Source: Candidatus Dormiibacterota bacterium (GTDB lineage Bacteria > Chloroflexota > Dormibacteria > CF-121). Taken from it: 30,701 bases of DNA. The stretch lies in contig DASWQQ010000173.1 in the NCBI GenBank assembly GCA_036403615.1, positions 1 through 30,701 on the forward strand, written 5' to 3'. Below are positions 1 to 9,273 of the stretch, in pieces. The stretch's first letter is position 1. Each line of letters opens with the position of its first letter. The notes below the pieces were generated by a model. That model was not told where the DNA came from and ran no database searches. It worked only from the letters and a program-made list of their open reading frames with translations. Made by a program: the position numbers and the translations under genes.

Positions 1-576
1 TCGGGCGCCGGCCGGTCGGTAGTTCATCTCAGCGGAGCCCAGGACCGGGCCCCGCTTCGCCCGCTGGCCGAGGCCGGCCTTCGAACCGGTGTCTTCCATC
101 CGCTTCAGACCTTCCGCCGTGGACCGGAAGCGGCTGAGAACGTTGCTGGAAGCTACGTCGGGATCGACGCCGATCCGCCGCTGCGCGAGCAGCTCGGCGC
201 GCTGGCTACAGACATAGGCGGTCATGCCTTCGACCTGAGAGGCATCGATCGCGCCCTGTACCACGCCGCTGCGGTCTTTGCTGCCAACTATCCGGTGATG
301 CTCCTGGCGGAGGCGGCCCGACTCGCCGCCAGGGCCGGCCTCGATCAGGAGACTGCCCGTAACGGCATGACGCGGCTCCTCGCCGGCGCGGTTGCCAACC
401 TGCGGCAGACCACTCCGGAGGAGGCGCTCACCGGTCCGGCCGTCCGCGGCGATCTGGGCACGATCGAGCGTCACCTGGCAGCGCTGGCCGGCGATCCCGA
501 ACTGCAGGGTCTCTACCGGGCACTCGCCGAGCGCGCCATGAAACTGGCGGAGAAACACAAGGAGGCCGCGGCATGA
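1..576 (+). CDS. Rossmann-like/DUF2520 protein (PanG-type ketopantoate reductase candidate), 5'-truncated by the window edge
   Basis: Frame 1 is open from base 1 (SGAGRSVVHLSGA...GVFHPLQTF...LYHAAAVFAANY...ALTGPAVRGDLGTIERHL). HxSG, HPLQTF, YHAAA and TGPxxRGD are DUF2520-family motifs. The stop overlaps the panB start (ATGA). Confidence 0.85.
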   Translation, partial: SGAGRSVVHLSGAQDRAPLRPLAEAGLRTGVFHPLQTFRRGPEAAENVAGSYVGIDADPPLREQLGALATDIGGHAFDLRGIDRALYHAAAVFAANYPVMLLAEAARLAARAGLDQETARNGMTRLLAGAVANLRQTTPEEALTGPAVRGDLGTIERHLAALAGDPELQGLYRALAERAMKLAEKHKEAAA

Positions 577-1376
577 GTACCACTGTTCGGGACCTGCGCA
601 AGTGGAAGAGCGAGGCAACCCGCTTCACCATGCTGACGGCGTACGACTACACAACCGCCCGCTGGCTCGAGCGAGCCGGCATTCCGGTTCTACTCGTGGG
701 CGACAGCCTGGGCGGCACCATGCTCGGCTATCCCGACACGCTCAGCGTGACCATGGACGACATGGTTCGCCATGCGGGTGCCGTGGTCCGCGGCGCCCCC
801 GGCGCACTGGTGATTGGAGACATGCCCTTTATGAGCTACCACGCCGGCGCTGAAGACGCGATCAGGAATGCCGGCCGTTTTCTGCAGGAGGCGCGCGTGC
901 AGGCGATCAAGATGGAAGGAGGGGGGCGGGTGATCGACTACACCAGGCAGCTGACCGCCATGGGCATCCCGGTGATGGGCCATCTCGGCCTTACTCCCAC
1001 CTTTGTGAACCAGTTCGGCGGGTTCAGGGTGCAGGGTCGAAGTGACGAGGGAGCCGAGCAGATCCTTGCCGATGCCAGAGCCCTGGAGGAGGCGGGGGCC
1101 TTCGCGGTCGTCCTCGAGGGGGTTCCGAGCGCGCTTGGCAAGCGAGTAACCGAGGCTGTCAGCATTCCGACCATCGGGATCGGCGCCGGGCCCGCCTGCG
1201 ACGGCCAGGTACTCGTCATCCAGGACCTTCTCGGTCTGAACCCGGACCATGTCGCCAGGTTCGTCCGTCAGTACGCCCAGCTTGGCGAGGAGATCGCGGC
1301 CGCCGCCCGTCGCTTCAGCGATGACGTCCGAAGCGGTGCATTTCCCAGCCCCGAGCACGAGTACGCCTCCCGCTAG
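573..1376 (+). CDS. panB: 3-methyl-2-oxobutanoate hydroxymethyltransferase
   Basis: Motifs MLTAYD, LVGDSLG, DMPF, KMEGG, GHLGLTP, VLEGVP, GIGAG and DGQVLV; RBS GGAGG upstream. Confidence 0.97.
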   Translation: MSTTVRDLRKWKSEATRFTMLTAYDYTTARWLERAGIPVLLVGDSLGGTMLGYPDTLSVTMDDMVRHAGAVVRGAPGALVIGDMPFMSYHAGAEDAIRNAGRFLQEARVQAIKMEGGGRVIDYTRQLTAMGIPVMGHLGLTPTFVNQFGGFRVQGRSDEGAEQILADARALEEAGAFAVVLEGVPSALGKRVTEAVSIPTIGIGAGPACDGQVLVIQDLLGLNPDHVARFVRQYAQLGEEIAAAARRFSDDVRSGAFPSPEHEYASR

Positions 1377-1401
1377 ACCTGTCATCGAGTCGGCCGCCGC
1401 C

Positions 1402-2229
1402 ATGCAACAGCAGGCGTTCAACTGGCTCAAGTCCGGGGACGAGATCGGCTTCGTGCCTACCATGGGTGCCCTGCATGCCGGCCATGACGCGCTTGTTGAG
1501 CGAGCCCGGCGCGAGAACCGCAGGGTGGTCGCCAGCATCTTCGTAAATCCCCGCCAATTCGGCCCCCAGGAGGACTTTCACCGTTACCCACGTCCCATCG
1601 AAGCCGATCGGGCAAGGCTCGAGGCGCTCGGAGTAGATGCCGTCTTCCACCCCCCGGTGGAACAGATCTACCCTCCAGCCTTCCGCTCCTCCATCGACCC
1701 GGGCCCGCTGGGAACCGTCCTCGAGGGTGCCAGCCGGCCCGGGCACTTCGCCGGCGTCCTGACTGTGGTCTTGAAACTCTTCGAAATCGTTCGCCCGACC
1801 CGGGCCTACTTCGGCCAGAAGGACTTCCAGCAGGTGGTCCTGATCCGCCAGCTGGTCCGCGATTTTTCTCTTCCAGTCCGCGTCGTCGGCTGCCCCACGG
1901 TGCGGGAGCCTGACGGGCTGGCGATGAGCTCCCGCAACGCTTACCTGGACCCGGGCCAGCGCCAGGTAGCTCCGGTTATCCGGCGGGCGCTGGCTGCGGC
2001 GGCCGGCCAGTTTGTCGAGGGGGAGAGGGATCCGGCGCGGCTCGAAGCCAGTGTTCGCGCCACGCTCAGCGAGGCGGCCGGCGCCGAGATCGATTACGTC
2101 TCAGTCATCGAAGAGAGCACGCTCAGTCGTACCGAGTTAGCTCAACCCGGCAATATAGTCGTGGTCGCTGTTAAACTGGGCACAACTAGATTGATCGACA
2201 ACGTCGTCTTGGGAGCGGAGAGCTTCTGA
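1402..2229 (+). CDS. panC: Pantoate--beta-alanine ligase (start uncertain; homology extends a few codons upstream of the ATG at 1402)
   Basis: Motifs GFVPTMGALHAGH, SIFVNPRQF, RPGHFAGV, FGQKDFQQ, REPDGLAMSSRN and RLIDN. Confidence 0.96.
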   Translation: MQQQAFNWLKSGDEIGFVPTMGALHAGHDALVERARRENRRVVASIFVNPRQFGPQEDFHRYPRPIEADRARLEALGVDAVFHPPVEQIYPPAFRSSIDPGPLGTVLEGASRPGHFAGVLTVVLKLFEIVRPTRAYFGQKDFQQVVLIRQLVRDFSLPVRVVGCPTVREPDGLAMSSRNAYLDPGQRQVAPVIRRALAAAAGQFVEGERDPARLEASVRATLSEAAGAEIDYVSVIEESTLSRTELAQPGNIVVVAVKLGTTRLIDNVVLGAESF

Positions 2230-2300
2230 GTGCCAATGGGCGCTCGAAGCAAAAGGGGCGAGCAACAGGTCCAAAAGCAAAGGCAAAGCCGTCCGTCAAA

Positions 2301-3494
2301 GTGGCACGCCCTCGGGCCGCGAGTCCGGTAAAAAAGCCCAGCGCAGCGGTCGCCAGGACGGCCGCCACGATTCGACCTGACCGTAAGTCGGCCCCGACGC
2401 CGGCAACGTCAGAGGCCCCCGCTTTGCTGGGCGGGCCGGCCGAGATCGAATCGCCCGCTCCGGTCGCCGCCCCGGTGGCGGTCCAGCCGCCCCTACCTCC
2501 GGGCGTCCCGACCATGCCTTTCCCCCGGCCCACCATCCTCGGACTGGGCTCACCCTGGCGGACGGCCGGGCGTCCCCCCGGGATGCCCCCTCGGCCGGCA
2601 ACACCCCCGCCGCCCCCGGTGCCGGTTGCTAAGCCGTCTCCGCCTCCCGTCATCACCATGCGGTTTCCCATCAGTGCTGTCGACCGGCTGATCAAGGAGG
2701 CCCTGGCGGAGGATATCGGCGACGGTGACCTGACCACTCAGACCCTCTTCCCGGGCAAGGTCAAGGCTCGCGGGAAGCTGATCGCCAACGAGGACGGCGT
2801 GCTCTGCGGCCTGCCGATCTTCAAGCGGGTCTTCGAATTGGTCGACAAGAACATCACATTCGAAGCCCGCGCCACCGATGGCACCGTGCTGGCCGGCGGC
2901 CAGCTGGTCGCCCGCGTCTCGGGTCCCGCCACCACCGTGCTCCAGGCTGAGCGGACGGCGCTCAACTTCCTCCAGCACCTATCCGGGATTTCAAGTCAGA
3001 CGGCGAAGTTCGCGAACGCCGTCAAGGGCACCAAGACGCGCATCCTGGACACCCGCAAAACCACCCCTGGTATGCGTTTCCTGGAGAAGTACGCGGTCGA
3101 GGTGGGCGGCGGTATGAGCCACCAGAAGGGCCTCGCCGATCGCCTGATCGTCACCGAATCCCACCTTGCCCTGAGTGACGGGGTGGCGACGGTAGTTCGG
3201 TCGCTCAAGAAGGCGGTTCCCGGCAAGAGGATCGAGTTGACGGTGAGCAACATGCAGGAGTTGGAGCAGGCTCTTACGGCGAAGGTCAACGTCCTTCTTC
3301 TGGACAACTTCCCGCCGGGCCAGGTTCGTCAGGCGATCGCCCTGGTCCAGGGTCGCGCCAAGGTCGAGGTTTCTGGCAAGATCGCCCTCGACAACGCCCG
3401 CGCCTACGCCCTGGCCGGGGTCGACTATATCTCCGTCAGCCAGCTGACCCAGTCGGTCAAGGCCTTCGACTTCAGCTTCCGCGTCGCGCGCTAA
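2301..3494 (+). CDS. NadC (quinolinate phosphoribosyltransferase)-like protein with degenerate active site and long Lys/Pro-rich N-terminal extension; may start at CTG 2226
   Basis: NadC fold motifs ALAED..GDLTT, AERTALN, LDTRKTTPG and LLDN are present. NHR, IKDNH, EVE and SVGxLTH are substituted. Confidence 0.85.
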   Translation: MARPRAASPVKKPSAAVARTAATIRPDRKSAPTPATSEAPALLGGPAEIESPAPVAAPVAVQPPLPPGVPTMPFPRPTILGLGSPWRTAGRPPGMPPRPATPPPPPVPVAKPSPPPVITMRFPISAVDRLIKEALAEDIGDGDLTTQTLFPGKVKARGKLIANEDGVLCGLPIFKRVFELVDKNITFEARATDGTVLAGGQLVARVSGPATTVLQAERTALNFLQHLSGISSQTAKFANAVKGTKTRILDTRKTTPGMRFLEKYAVEVGGGMSHQKGLADRLIVTESHLALSDGVATVVRSLKKAVPGKRIELTVSNMQELEQALTAKVNVLLLDNFPPGQVRQAIALVQGRAKVEVSGKIALDNARAYALAGVDYISVSQLTQSVKAFDFSFRVAR

Positions 3495-3524
3495 CCGCCG
3501 GAAGCGGTGATCCGAAGTTAGAGG

Positions 3525-4394
3525 TTAGTGGTATACCGGCGCGCTGGCAACCTCGGCAGGTGCCTGGCGGCGCCGGCGCCGGCGAGCTTCGAGCGCCCTC
3601 AGCGTGTAGCGGTAGCCCTCGTCGAGGTAGGAGGCGGTCAGGCCAAAGTCCATCGAGTGCTTGAGGAAGCCGGCGCTCGGTCGGAGGTGGACGATTTCGA
3701 TCGAGCGCCCCATCTGCTGGATGGTCCACTGGGTCCGGTGCTGGGCTGCCACCTGGAAGGTGTGGTCGACGATCGCGTTCATGGAGGCGAGCGGTGCTGG
3801 CAGCTGGCCGGCATAGCCGGAGTCGAGGATGAAGATCCGCCGGGCGCCAAGCTCGATCGCGGTGTCCAGGCCGGTCGGGTCGACCATGCCGCCGTCAACG
3901 TGCTGGTGCTCGCCGATCGTCACCGGGGGAAAGATTCCCGGAATGGCCGAAGATGCCAGCACGGCGGGGGCCAGCGGCCCACTCGAAAAAACCGCCTTTT
4001 GGCCGGCGGTCAGATCGATGGCCACCACGTGAAGCGGTACCGCCAGATCTTCGAAGTCATGCGCTCGCAGGTGCTGGCTGATCAGGCGCGACAGGCCACT
4101 TCCTTCGTAAAGTGAGGGACGCCGCCGCATCATGTTGCGGGCTGCCCGCCACCAGACCATGTCGAGCGTCTGCCGGCTTACCTGGCGCCAGACCTCGTCC
4201 AGCTTTTCGACCCACTCCAGCTCCGGGCGGTGGGCCAGCCAGGCTCCGTTCCATGCCCCGATCGAGACTCCCACGACGAGATCGGGGCGGATACCGTGCT
4301 CCAGCAGGGCACGCAACATACCAACCTGCAGGGCGCCGCGCGCGCCACCGCCTGAGATGGCGAAAGCCGTCTTCTCGCGACGCCAGTGGATCAT
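3525..4394 (-). CDS. Patatin-like phospholipase
   Basis: GGGARG (oxyanion hole), GVSIG (catalytic Ser) and DGG (catalytic Asp). Start set at ATG 4394 (MIHWRREKTAF) rather than the ORF-track start at 4622. Confidence 0.92.
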   Translation of the reverse strand: MIHWRREKTAFAISGGGARGALQVGMLRALLEHGIRPDLVVGVSIGAWNGAWLAHRPELEWVEKLDEVWRQVSRQTLDMVWWRAARNMMRRRPSLYEGSGLSRLISQHLRAHDFEDLAVPLHVVAIDLTAGQKAVFSSGPLAPAVLASSAIPGIFPPVTIGEHQHVDGGMVDPTGLDTAIELGARRIFILDSGYAGQLPAPLASMNAIVDHTFQVAAQHRTQWTIQQMGRSIEIVHLRPSAGFLKHSMDFGLTASYLDEGYRYTLRALEARRRRRRQAPAEVASAPVYH

Positions 4395-4472
4395 GCTTAC
4401 TGTCCAGTTTAGGCAGCCACCTGCAGTTCGTCCATCGCCGAGATCGAATGCTAGGACTGAACTCGCACCGAT

Positions 4473-4481
4473 TGCTATACT
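4473..4481 (+). promoter_or_regulatory. Extended -10 promoter element (TGcTATACT), probably driving rpsA
   Basis: Near-consensus TGnTATAAT in the divergent intergenic region, about 135 nt before the rpsA ATG; no clear -35. Confidence 0.5.
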
Positions 4482-4615
4482 TCGAGGTGACTCGCGCCTC
4501 TGCTTACAACTTGACGACCAACGAGTTCCAATAAGAAAAGGTGGTGCCCACTGGATTGTCTGATTTTGAGTCTTCCCAGGATTATTCGGATTCGCAGGAC
4601 GGAGCCTCGGAATCC

Positions 4616-5794
4616 ATGGCAACGACCATGGAAGAGTACCTCGATCAGGAAGAGGCTTCCAGCAAGCGCCTAGCCCACGGCGACATCATCGACGGCGTCG
4701 TCGTCAGGGTCGATCCGGATGAAGTTCTGGTCGATGTCGGCTCGAAATCAGAGGGCGTTATTTCCAGCCGCGAGCTGGGAACCAAGGAAGCCGGGACGCC
4801 CGACCTCCAGTCCGGCGACCGCATCAAAGTCTTCGTCCTGCAACCCGAAAATGAGGACGGCAACGTCGTCCTTTCTTTGCGTCGTGCCCGGGCCGAATCG
4901 GTCTGGCTGAAGGCGCAGGACAAGCAGGTCTCCGGCGAGCTGATGGAGGCAGAGGTCCGCGAGCAGAACAAGGGCGGGTTGATCGTCAACATCCTCGGCC
5001 TGCGGGGCTTCCTGCCGACCTCCCAGGTCTCCCGTACCCACAGCGCCAACCTCCAGGAGCTGGTCAACCAGCGCATCGGCGTCAAGATCCTCGAGGTGAA
5101 TCGCAAGCGCAACCGGCTGATCGTCAGCCAGAAGGCCGCCTTCGACGAGGACCGGGCCCGCCAGCGCACCGAGCTCTTCGACCGGCTGAAGGTCGGCGAC
5201 GATGTCCGCGGCAAGGTCTCCGGACTCACTTCCTACGGCGCCTTCGTCAACCTGGGCGCGGCCGACGGGCTGATTCACATTTCCGAACTCTCCTGGGATC
5301 GGGTGGCCAACGTCGGCGATGTGCTCCAGGTCGGCCAGGACATCGATGTCCGGGTGATCAAGCTCGACCCCGAGACTTCCAGGATCTCGCTCAGCCTTCG
5401 GCAGCTCGGCCAGGATCCCTGGGATCACATCGAGAAGCGCTATCCGCCAGGGGCGGTCATCGAGGGTGAGGTCACCAAGACCAAGAAGTACGGCGCATTC
5501 CTTCAGATCGGCGACGGCATCGAGGGCCTTCTCCACATCTCCGAACTTGCCTGGGAGCACGTCGAGCACACCGAGGACGTCGTCCAGGTGGGCCAGAAGC
5601 TCAAAGTGAGGGTGCTTCAGGCCGACCGCACCCGGCGCCGGATCAGCCTCTCACTGAAGCAGGCCGAGGAGGCTCCCGCTCAGGAGCGAGTCGAGGATTC
5701 CGAGGTTTCCGATTATCCCGGCGAGATCGAGCGGGTTCCCGAGGCCGAACCGGAAAGGGTCCTGGCTCACGTCAGCGCCGCTCCCCAGGAATAA
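4616..5794 (+). CDS. rpsA: 30S ribosomal protein S1 (four S1 domains, monoderm type) with acidic C-tail
   Basis: Four S1 repeats (VLVDVGSKSEG; GGLIVNILGLRGFLP; YGAFVNLGAADGLIHISELSW; YGAFLQIGDGIEGLLHISELAW). GGAG precedes ATG 4616. Confidence 0.93.
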   Translation: MATTMEEYLDQEEASSKRLAHGDIIDGVVVRVDPDEVLVDVGSKSEGVISSRELGTKEAGTPDLQSGDRIKVFVLQPENEDGNVVLSLRRARAESVWLKAQDKQVSGELMEAEVREQNKGGLIVNILGLRGFLPTSQVSRTHSANLQELVNQRIGVKILEVNRKRNRLIVSQKAAFDEDRARQRTELFDRLKVGDDVRGKVSGLTSYGAFVNLGAADGLIHISELSWDRVANVGDVLQVGQDIDVRVIKLDPETSRISLSLRQLGQDPWDHIEKRYPPGAVIEGEVTKTKKYGAFLQIGDGIEGLLHISELAWEHVEHTEDVVQVGQKLKVRVLQADRTRRRISLSLKQAEEAPAQERVEDSEVSDYPGEIERVPEAEPERVLAHVSAAPQE

Positions 5795-5800
5795 CTGAAC

Positions 5801-5817
5801 CGGGGCGCCAAGCCCCG
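5801..5817 (+). terminator. GC hairpin after rpsA (possible terminator, weak U-tract)
   Basis: cggggc-gccaa-gccccg, 6 nt after the stop codon. Confidence 0.35.
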
Positions 5818-6033
5818 TCTGCGTCTCGTCGCTGGCTAAGCAAATATTAGACTTGCGATGAATTCAGCCGGAATATGCGCTAAACTGCCCCCGAACGATT
5901 GTTTAGACCTTCCCGCAGGGTGGTAACTCCCTAACGTCGCAGCCGGCGGCCGGGCCGATCCCGGTCCGCAAGTCATCCAAGGAAATCCGGGTATCGTAAT
6001 AGGTAGCAACAGAAGTCATGCGGAGGTTACTGG

Positions 6034-8583
6034 TTGTACCCCTTTGAAAGGTTTACGGAGCGAGCAAAAAAGGTCCTGACGCTGGCCCAGGAAGAGGCCG
6101 AGCGCTCGCACCATTCATATATCGGCACCGAGCACCTGCTCCTCGGCCTGCTGCGCGAGGGTGAGGGCCTGGCCGCCAAGGTCCTCAACAACCTCGGCGT
6201 CGAAATCAATAAAGTGCGAGCCACGATCGAGTCGGTGCTCGGTCGCAACGAGCGGATCATCATCCAGCAGATCATCCCGACCTCCCGGGTGAAGAAGGTC
6301 ATCGAGATCTCCTTCGAGGAAGCCCGGCGGATGGGCAACAACTACGTCGGTACCGAGCATCTCCTGCTGGGCCTTCTGATCGAAGGCGAGGGCATCGCCG
6401 CCCACGTGCTCGAAGACCTGGGCGCCAACCTGGAAAAGGTTCGCGGTGAGATCGACCGCCTGCTCCACGAGAGCGGGCTCGACGAGGAGGCCACCGCTGC
6501 CAAGAAGCCGTCCAAAACACCGCTGCTCGACCAGTTCTGTCGCGACCTGACCGACCTGGCGGCCAAGAACACGCTCGACCCGGTGATCGGCCGCGAGTCC
6601 GAGATCGAGCGCGTGGTCCAGATCCTTTCCCGCCGGACGAAGAACAACCCGGCACTTATCGGCGAGCCCGGCGTCGGCAAGACCGCCATCGCCGAGGGCC
6701 TTGCCCAGCAGATCGTGCTCGGCAATATCCCCGAGTCCTTGCGCGGGAAGCGCGTGCTGACCCTCGATATGGGCGCCCTGGTAGCCGGCACCAAGTACCG
6801 CGGCGAGTTCGAGGAACGGCTCAAGAAGATCCTGGACGAAATCCGTTCCAGCCGCGAAGTCGTGCTCTTCATCGATGAGCTGCATACCCTGGTCGGAGCG
6901 GGTGCCGCCGAAGGCGCGATCGACGCCGCCAACATCCTCAAGCCGGCCCTGGCCCGTGGCGAGATCCAGTGCATCGGCGCCACGACGCTGAACGAATACC
7001 GCAAGTACATCGAGAAGGACGCAGCCCTCGAGCGCCGCTTCCAACCCGTCTTCGTGGACGAGCCATCCCTGATCGAGACGATCTCGATCCTGCACGGGGT
7101 CAAGAGTCTCTACGAGAAGCACCACCGAGTCACCGTCACCGACAAGGCGATCAAGGCCGCGGCGGACCTCTCCGTCCGCTACGTCACCGATCGCTCGCTG
7201 CCGGACAAGGCGATCGACCTGATGGATGAGGCATCGGCACGAGTGCGGATGAAGCTCACCACCACTCCTCCCGAGCTTAAGACGATGCAGAAGGAGATCC
7301 GCGACCTTCAGATCAAGAAGGAAGAGGCGATCGCGAACCAGGACTACGAGACCGCGGCCTCCTTTAGGGACAGGGAAAAGAAGCTCAAGGACAAGTACGT
7401 CAAGGAAGAGATGGAGTGGCGCGACAAACTGGGCGCCACCGTGCCCGAGGTCGACGAGGAGCACATCGCCGAGATCGTCAGCGCCTGGACCGGCGTCCCG
7501 GTATCCCGGCTCGTCGAGGAAGAATCCGCCCGACTGCTTCGCATGGAGGAAGACATCCACGCGCGGCTGATCGGCCAGGATGACGCCGTCAAGGTGATCT
7601 CCCAGGCAGTGCGTCGCGCGCGTGCGGGTCTCAAGGACTCCCGCCGCCCGATTGGATCGTTCATCTTCCTCGGCCCGACCGGTGTCGGCAAGACCGAGCT
7701 GGCCCGCCAGCTGGCTCGCTTCCTCTTCGACAATGAGGACGCGATTGTCCGGCTCGATATGTCGGAGTTCATGGAGCGCCACAGCACCGCGCGCCTGGTC
7801 GGGTCGCCGCCAGGCTACGTCGGCTACGACGAGGGCGGCCAGCTGACCGAGGCGATCCGCCGCCGTCCTTACTCGGTGGTCCTCTTCGACGAGATCGAGA
7901 AGGCCCATCCCGAGGTCTTCAACATGCTGCTCCAGATCCTTGAGGATGGCCGGCTCGCCGACGCCAAGGGCAAGCAGGTGAACTTCTCCAACACGATCGT
8001 GATCATGACCTCCAACATCGGCGTCTCGAACCTCCAGGCTGCCACGACCTCGCTGGGCTTCCAGCCCTCGATGCCGAGCACCAGCCAGGAAGAGAAAGAG
8101 CACGGAAAGATGCGCGAGAAGATCATGGACGAGTTGAAGAAAACATTCCGTCCCGAATTCCTCAACCGGGTCGATGCCGTGGTCGTGTTCAAAGCGCTTT
8201 CGGCCGCCGAGATGCGACAGATCGTCGACCTCCTCGTGATCAAGGTGGCGCAACGCCTCGAGGAGCACGAGATGAAACTCGAGGTCACCACCGAAGCCAA
8301 GGACTACCTGGCCAAGGAGGGTTACGACAAAATCTACGGCGCGCGTCCGCTGCGCCGTGTGATCCAGCGCCTGATCGAAGACCCGTTGTCGGAAACGCTG
8401 CTCACGACCAAGTTCAGCGCCGGGGATTCGGTCATGGTCGAAATGGTGGACGGTGTCCTGAGACTCACTCCGATCAAGAAGGAGCGCGAGTCGAAGGCAG
8501 AGCAGCCCAAGGCGGAGAAGCCGGAAAAGCCGGAGAAGCCTCCCAAGGAGCCGGTCGCCGGCAAGGGCAAGGGCGAGAGCTAA
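6034..8583 (+). CDS. clpC: ATP-dependent Clp protease ATP-binding subunit ClpC
   Basis: Doubled Clp-N repeat ([10 protein letters not shown]), Walker A motifs GEPGVGKT and [13 protein letters not shown], short UVR/M-domain, [20 protein letters not shown] and GARPLRR. TTG start with GGAGG RBS. Confidence 0.96.
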   Translation: MYPFERFTERAKKVLTLAQEEAERSHHSYIGTEHLLLGLLREGEGLAAKVLNNLGVEINKVRATIESVLGRNERIIIQQIIPTSRVKKVIEISFEEARRMGNNYVGTEHLLLGLLIEGEGIAAHVLEDLGANLEKVRGEIDRLLHESGLDEEATAAKKPSKTPLLDQFCRDLTDLAAKNTLDPVIGRESEIERVVQILSRRTKNNPALIGEPGVGKTAIAEGLAQQIVLGNIPESLRGKRVLTLDMGALVAGTKYRGEFEERLKKILDEIRSSREVVLFIDELHTLVGAGAAEGAIDAANILKPALARGEIQCIGATTLNEYRKYIEKDAALERRFQPVFVDEPSLIETISILHGVKSLYEKHHRVTVTDKAIKAAADLSVRYVTDRSLPDKAIDLMDEASARVRMKLTTTPPELKTMQKEIRDLQIKKEEAIANQDYETAASFRDREKKLKDKYVKEEMEWRDKLGATVPEVDEEHIAEIVSAWTGVPVSRLVEEESARLLRMEEDIHARLIGQDDAVKVISQAVRRARAGLKDSRRPIGSFIFLGPTGVGKTELARQLARFLFDNEDAIVRLDMSEFMERHSTARLVGSPPGYVGYDEGGQLTEAIRRRPYSVVLFDEIEKAHPEVFNMLLQILEDGRLADAKGKQVNFSNTIVIMTSNIGVSNLQAATTSLGFQPSMPSTSQEEKEHGKMREKIMDELKKTFRPEFLNRVDAVVVFKALSAAEMRQIVDLLVIKVAQRLEEHEMKLEVTTEAKDYLAKEGYDKIYGARPLRRVIQRLIEDPLSETLLTTKFSAGDSVMVEMVDGVLRLTPIKKERESKAEQPKAEKPEKPEKPPKEPVAGKGKGES

Positions 8584-8603
8584 GCCAGCCCAGTCAGAAA
8601 CGA

Positions 8604-8637
8604 GGACCGCCGGGATCGTCCCGGCGGTCCTTCTTTA
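8604..8637 (+). terminator. Intrinsic terminator between convergent clpC and DUF3237 genes
   Basis: 12-bp stem ggaccgccggga-tcg-tcccggcggtcc followed by ttcttta. Confidence 0.85.
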
Positions 8638-9075
8638 TCCGGCCTCTTGCTGAAGAAGGGCGAGGTCGTTCTCGCAGAGGAAAGCGCGGGCCTGGGCTTT
8701 ATCCATCTTGGAGTCGAGTACTCCTTCGACCAGGCCGAAGACATTGTTGACCCAGGCGTAACGAGCGTCCCCACTCCGCAGACCAAGCGAGGTTGTGAAG
8801 ACCCGTGCCTTGTCCGCCGCGCGGAGCAGGGCGATGCCATTCATCTCGACGTACACCTTGGCGCCGTCTCCGGTCGACAGGACACCGCGGACGGTTGGAC
8901 AGTTGACGTTGTCCGGCCGTTTCGGCGGCACATTTACGAGCTTCAGCGTACCGCTGAGTCGGTCGCCTTTCACAGTCCCCTCGATTTCCCCCACGTACTG
9001 CCCTCCGGCTCCAAAATCGACGTAGTCGAACCAGGTGTAGTGAAATTCGAAATCGAAAAGCGGCGTTAGCTTCAT
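8635..9075 (-). CDS. DUF3237 (UPF0311)-like beta-barrel protein
   Basis: GTVKGDRLSG, T.DGA.VYV and RYAWVN pattern; strong RBS (AAAGGAGG) before the ATG. Confidence 0.7.
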   Translation of the reverse strand: MKLTPLFDFEFHYTWFDYVDFGAGGQYVGEIEGTVKGDRLSGTLKLVNVPPKRPDNVNCPTVRGVLSTGDGAKVYVEMNGIALLRAADKARVFTTSLGLRSGDARYAWVNNVFGLVEGVLDSKMDKAQARAFLCENDLALLQQEAG

Positions 9076-9273
9076 CCTTCCTCCTTTCTCCTTGGTGCCA
9101 GCTGCGCGTCAGTAACCTATTCTCCCAATCGTCATTGCACCGCCGTGACGAGAGTGGTCTTACCGGCAGCATCAGCGCCAGCTTCCAGGTTCTGGCGCAC
9201 TGGAACCTCTTCACGGGAAAGTGATAGCCGGTATGAGCGGTCCGCCAGCCTGCGCTGCCCACAATTGTCTTCA

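Noticed and set aside
5795-6033. CtsR, CIRCE or HAIR heat-shock operators upstream of clpC
   Set aside because: No match to the heptad direct repeat or to either inverted repeat was found.
6121-6420. Direct nucleotide repeat (accgagca.ct.ct.ct.gg.ct) in clpC
   Set aside because: This is the normal duplicated Clp-N domain, not a repeat element.
6115-8268. 717-aa ORF antisense to clpC
   Set aside because: Shadow frame expected from the codon bias of a highly expressed GC-rich gene; no recognisable domain, and fully nested opposite a clear gene.
9076-9273. Intergenic hairpins (ttccag...ctggaa; tcac-N6-gtga) as a possible riboswitch or CRP site
   Set aside because: No conserved riboswitch core that I recognise, and the TCAC/GTGA half-sites are in the wrong orientation for CRP. 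An Rfam/Infernal scan would settle it.
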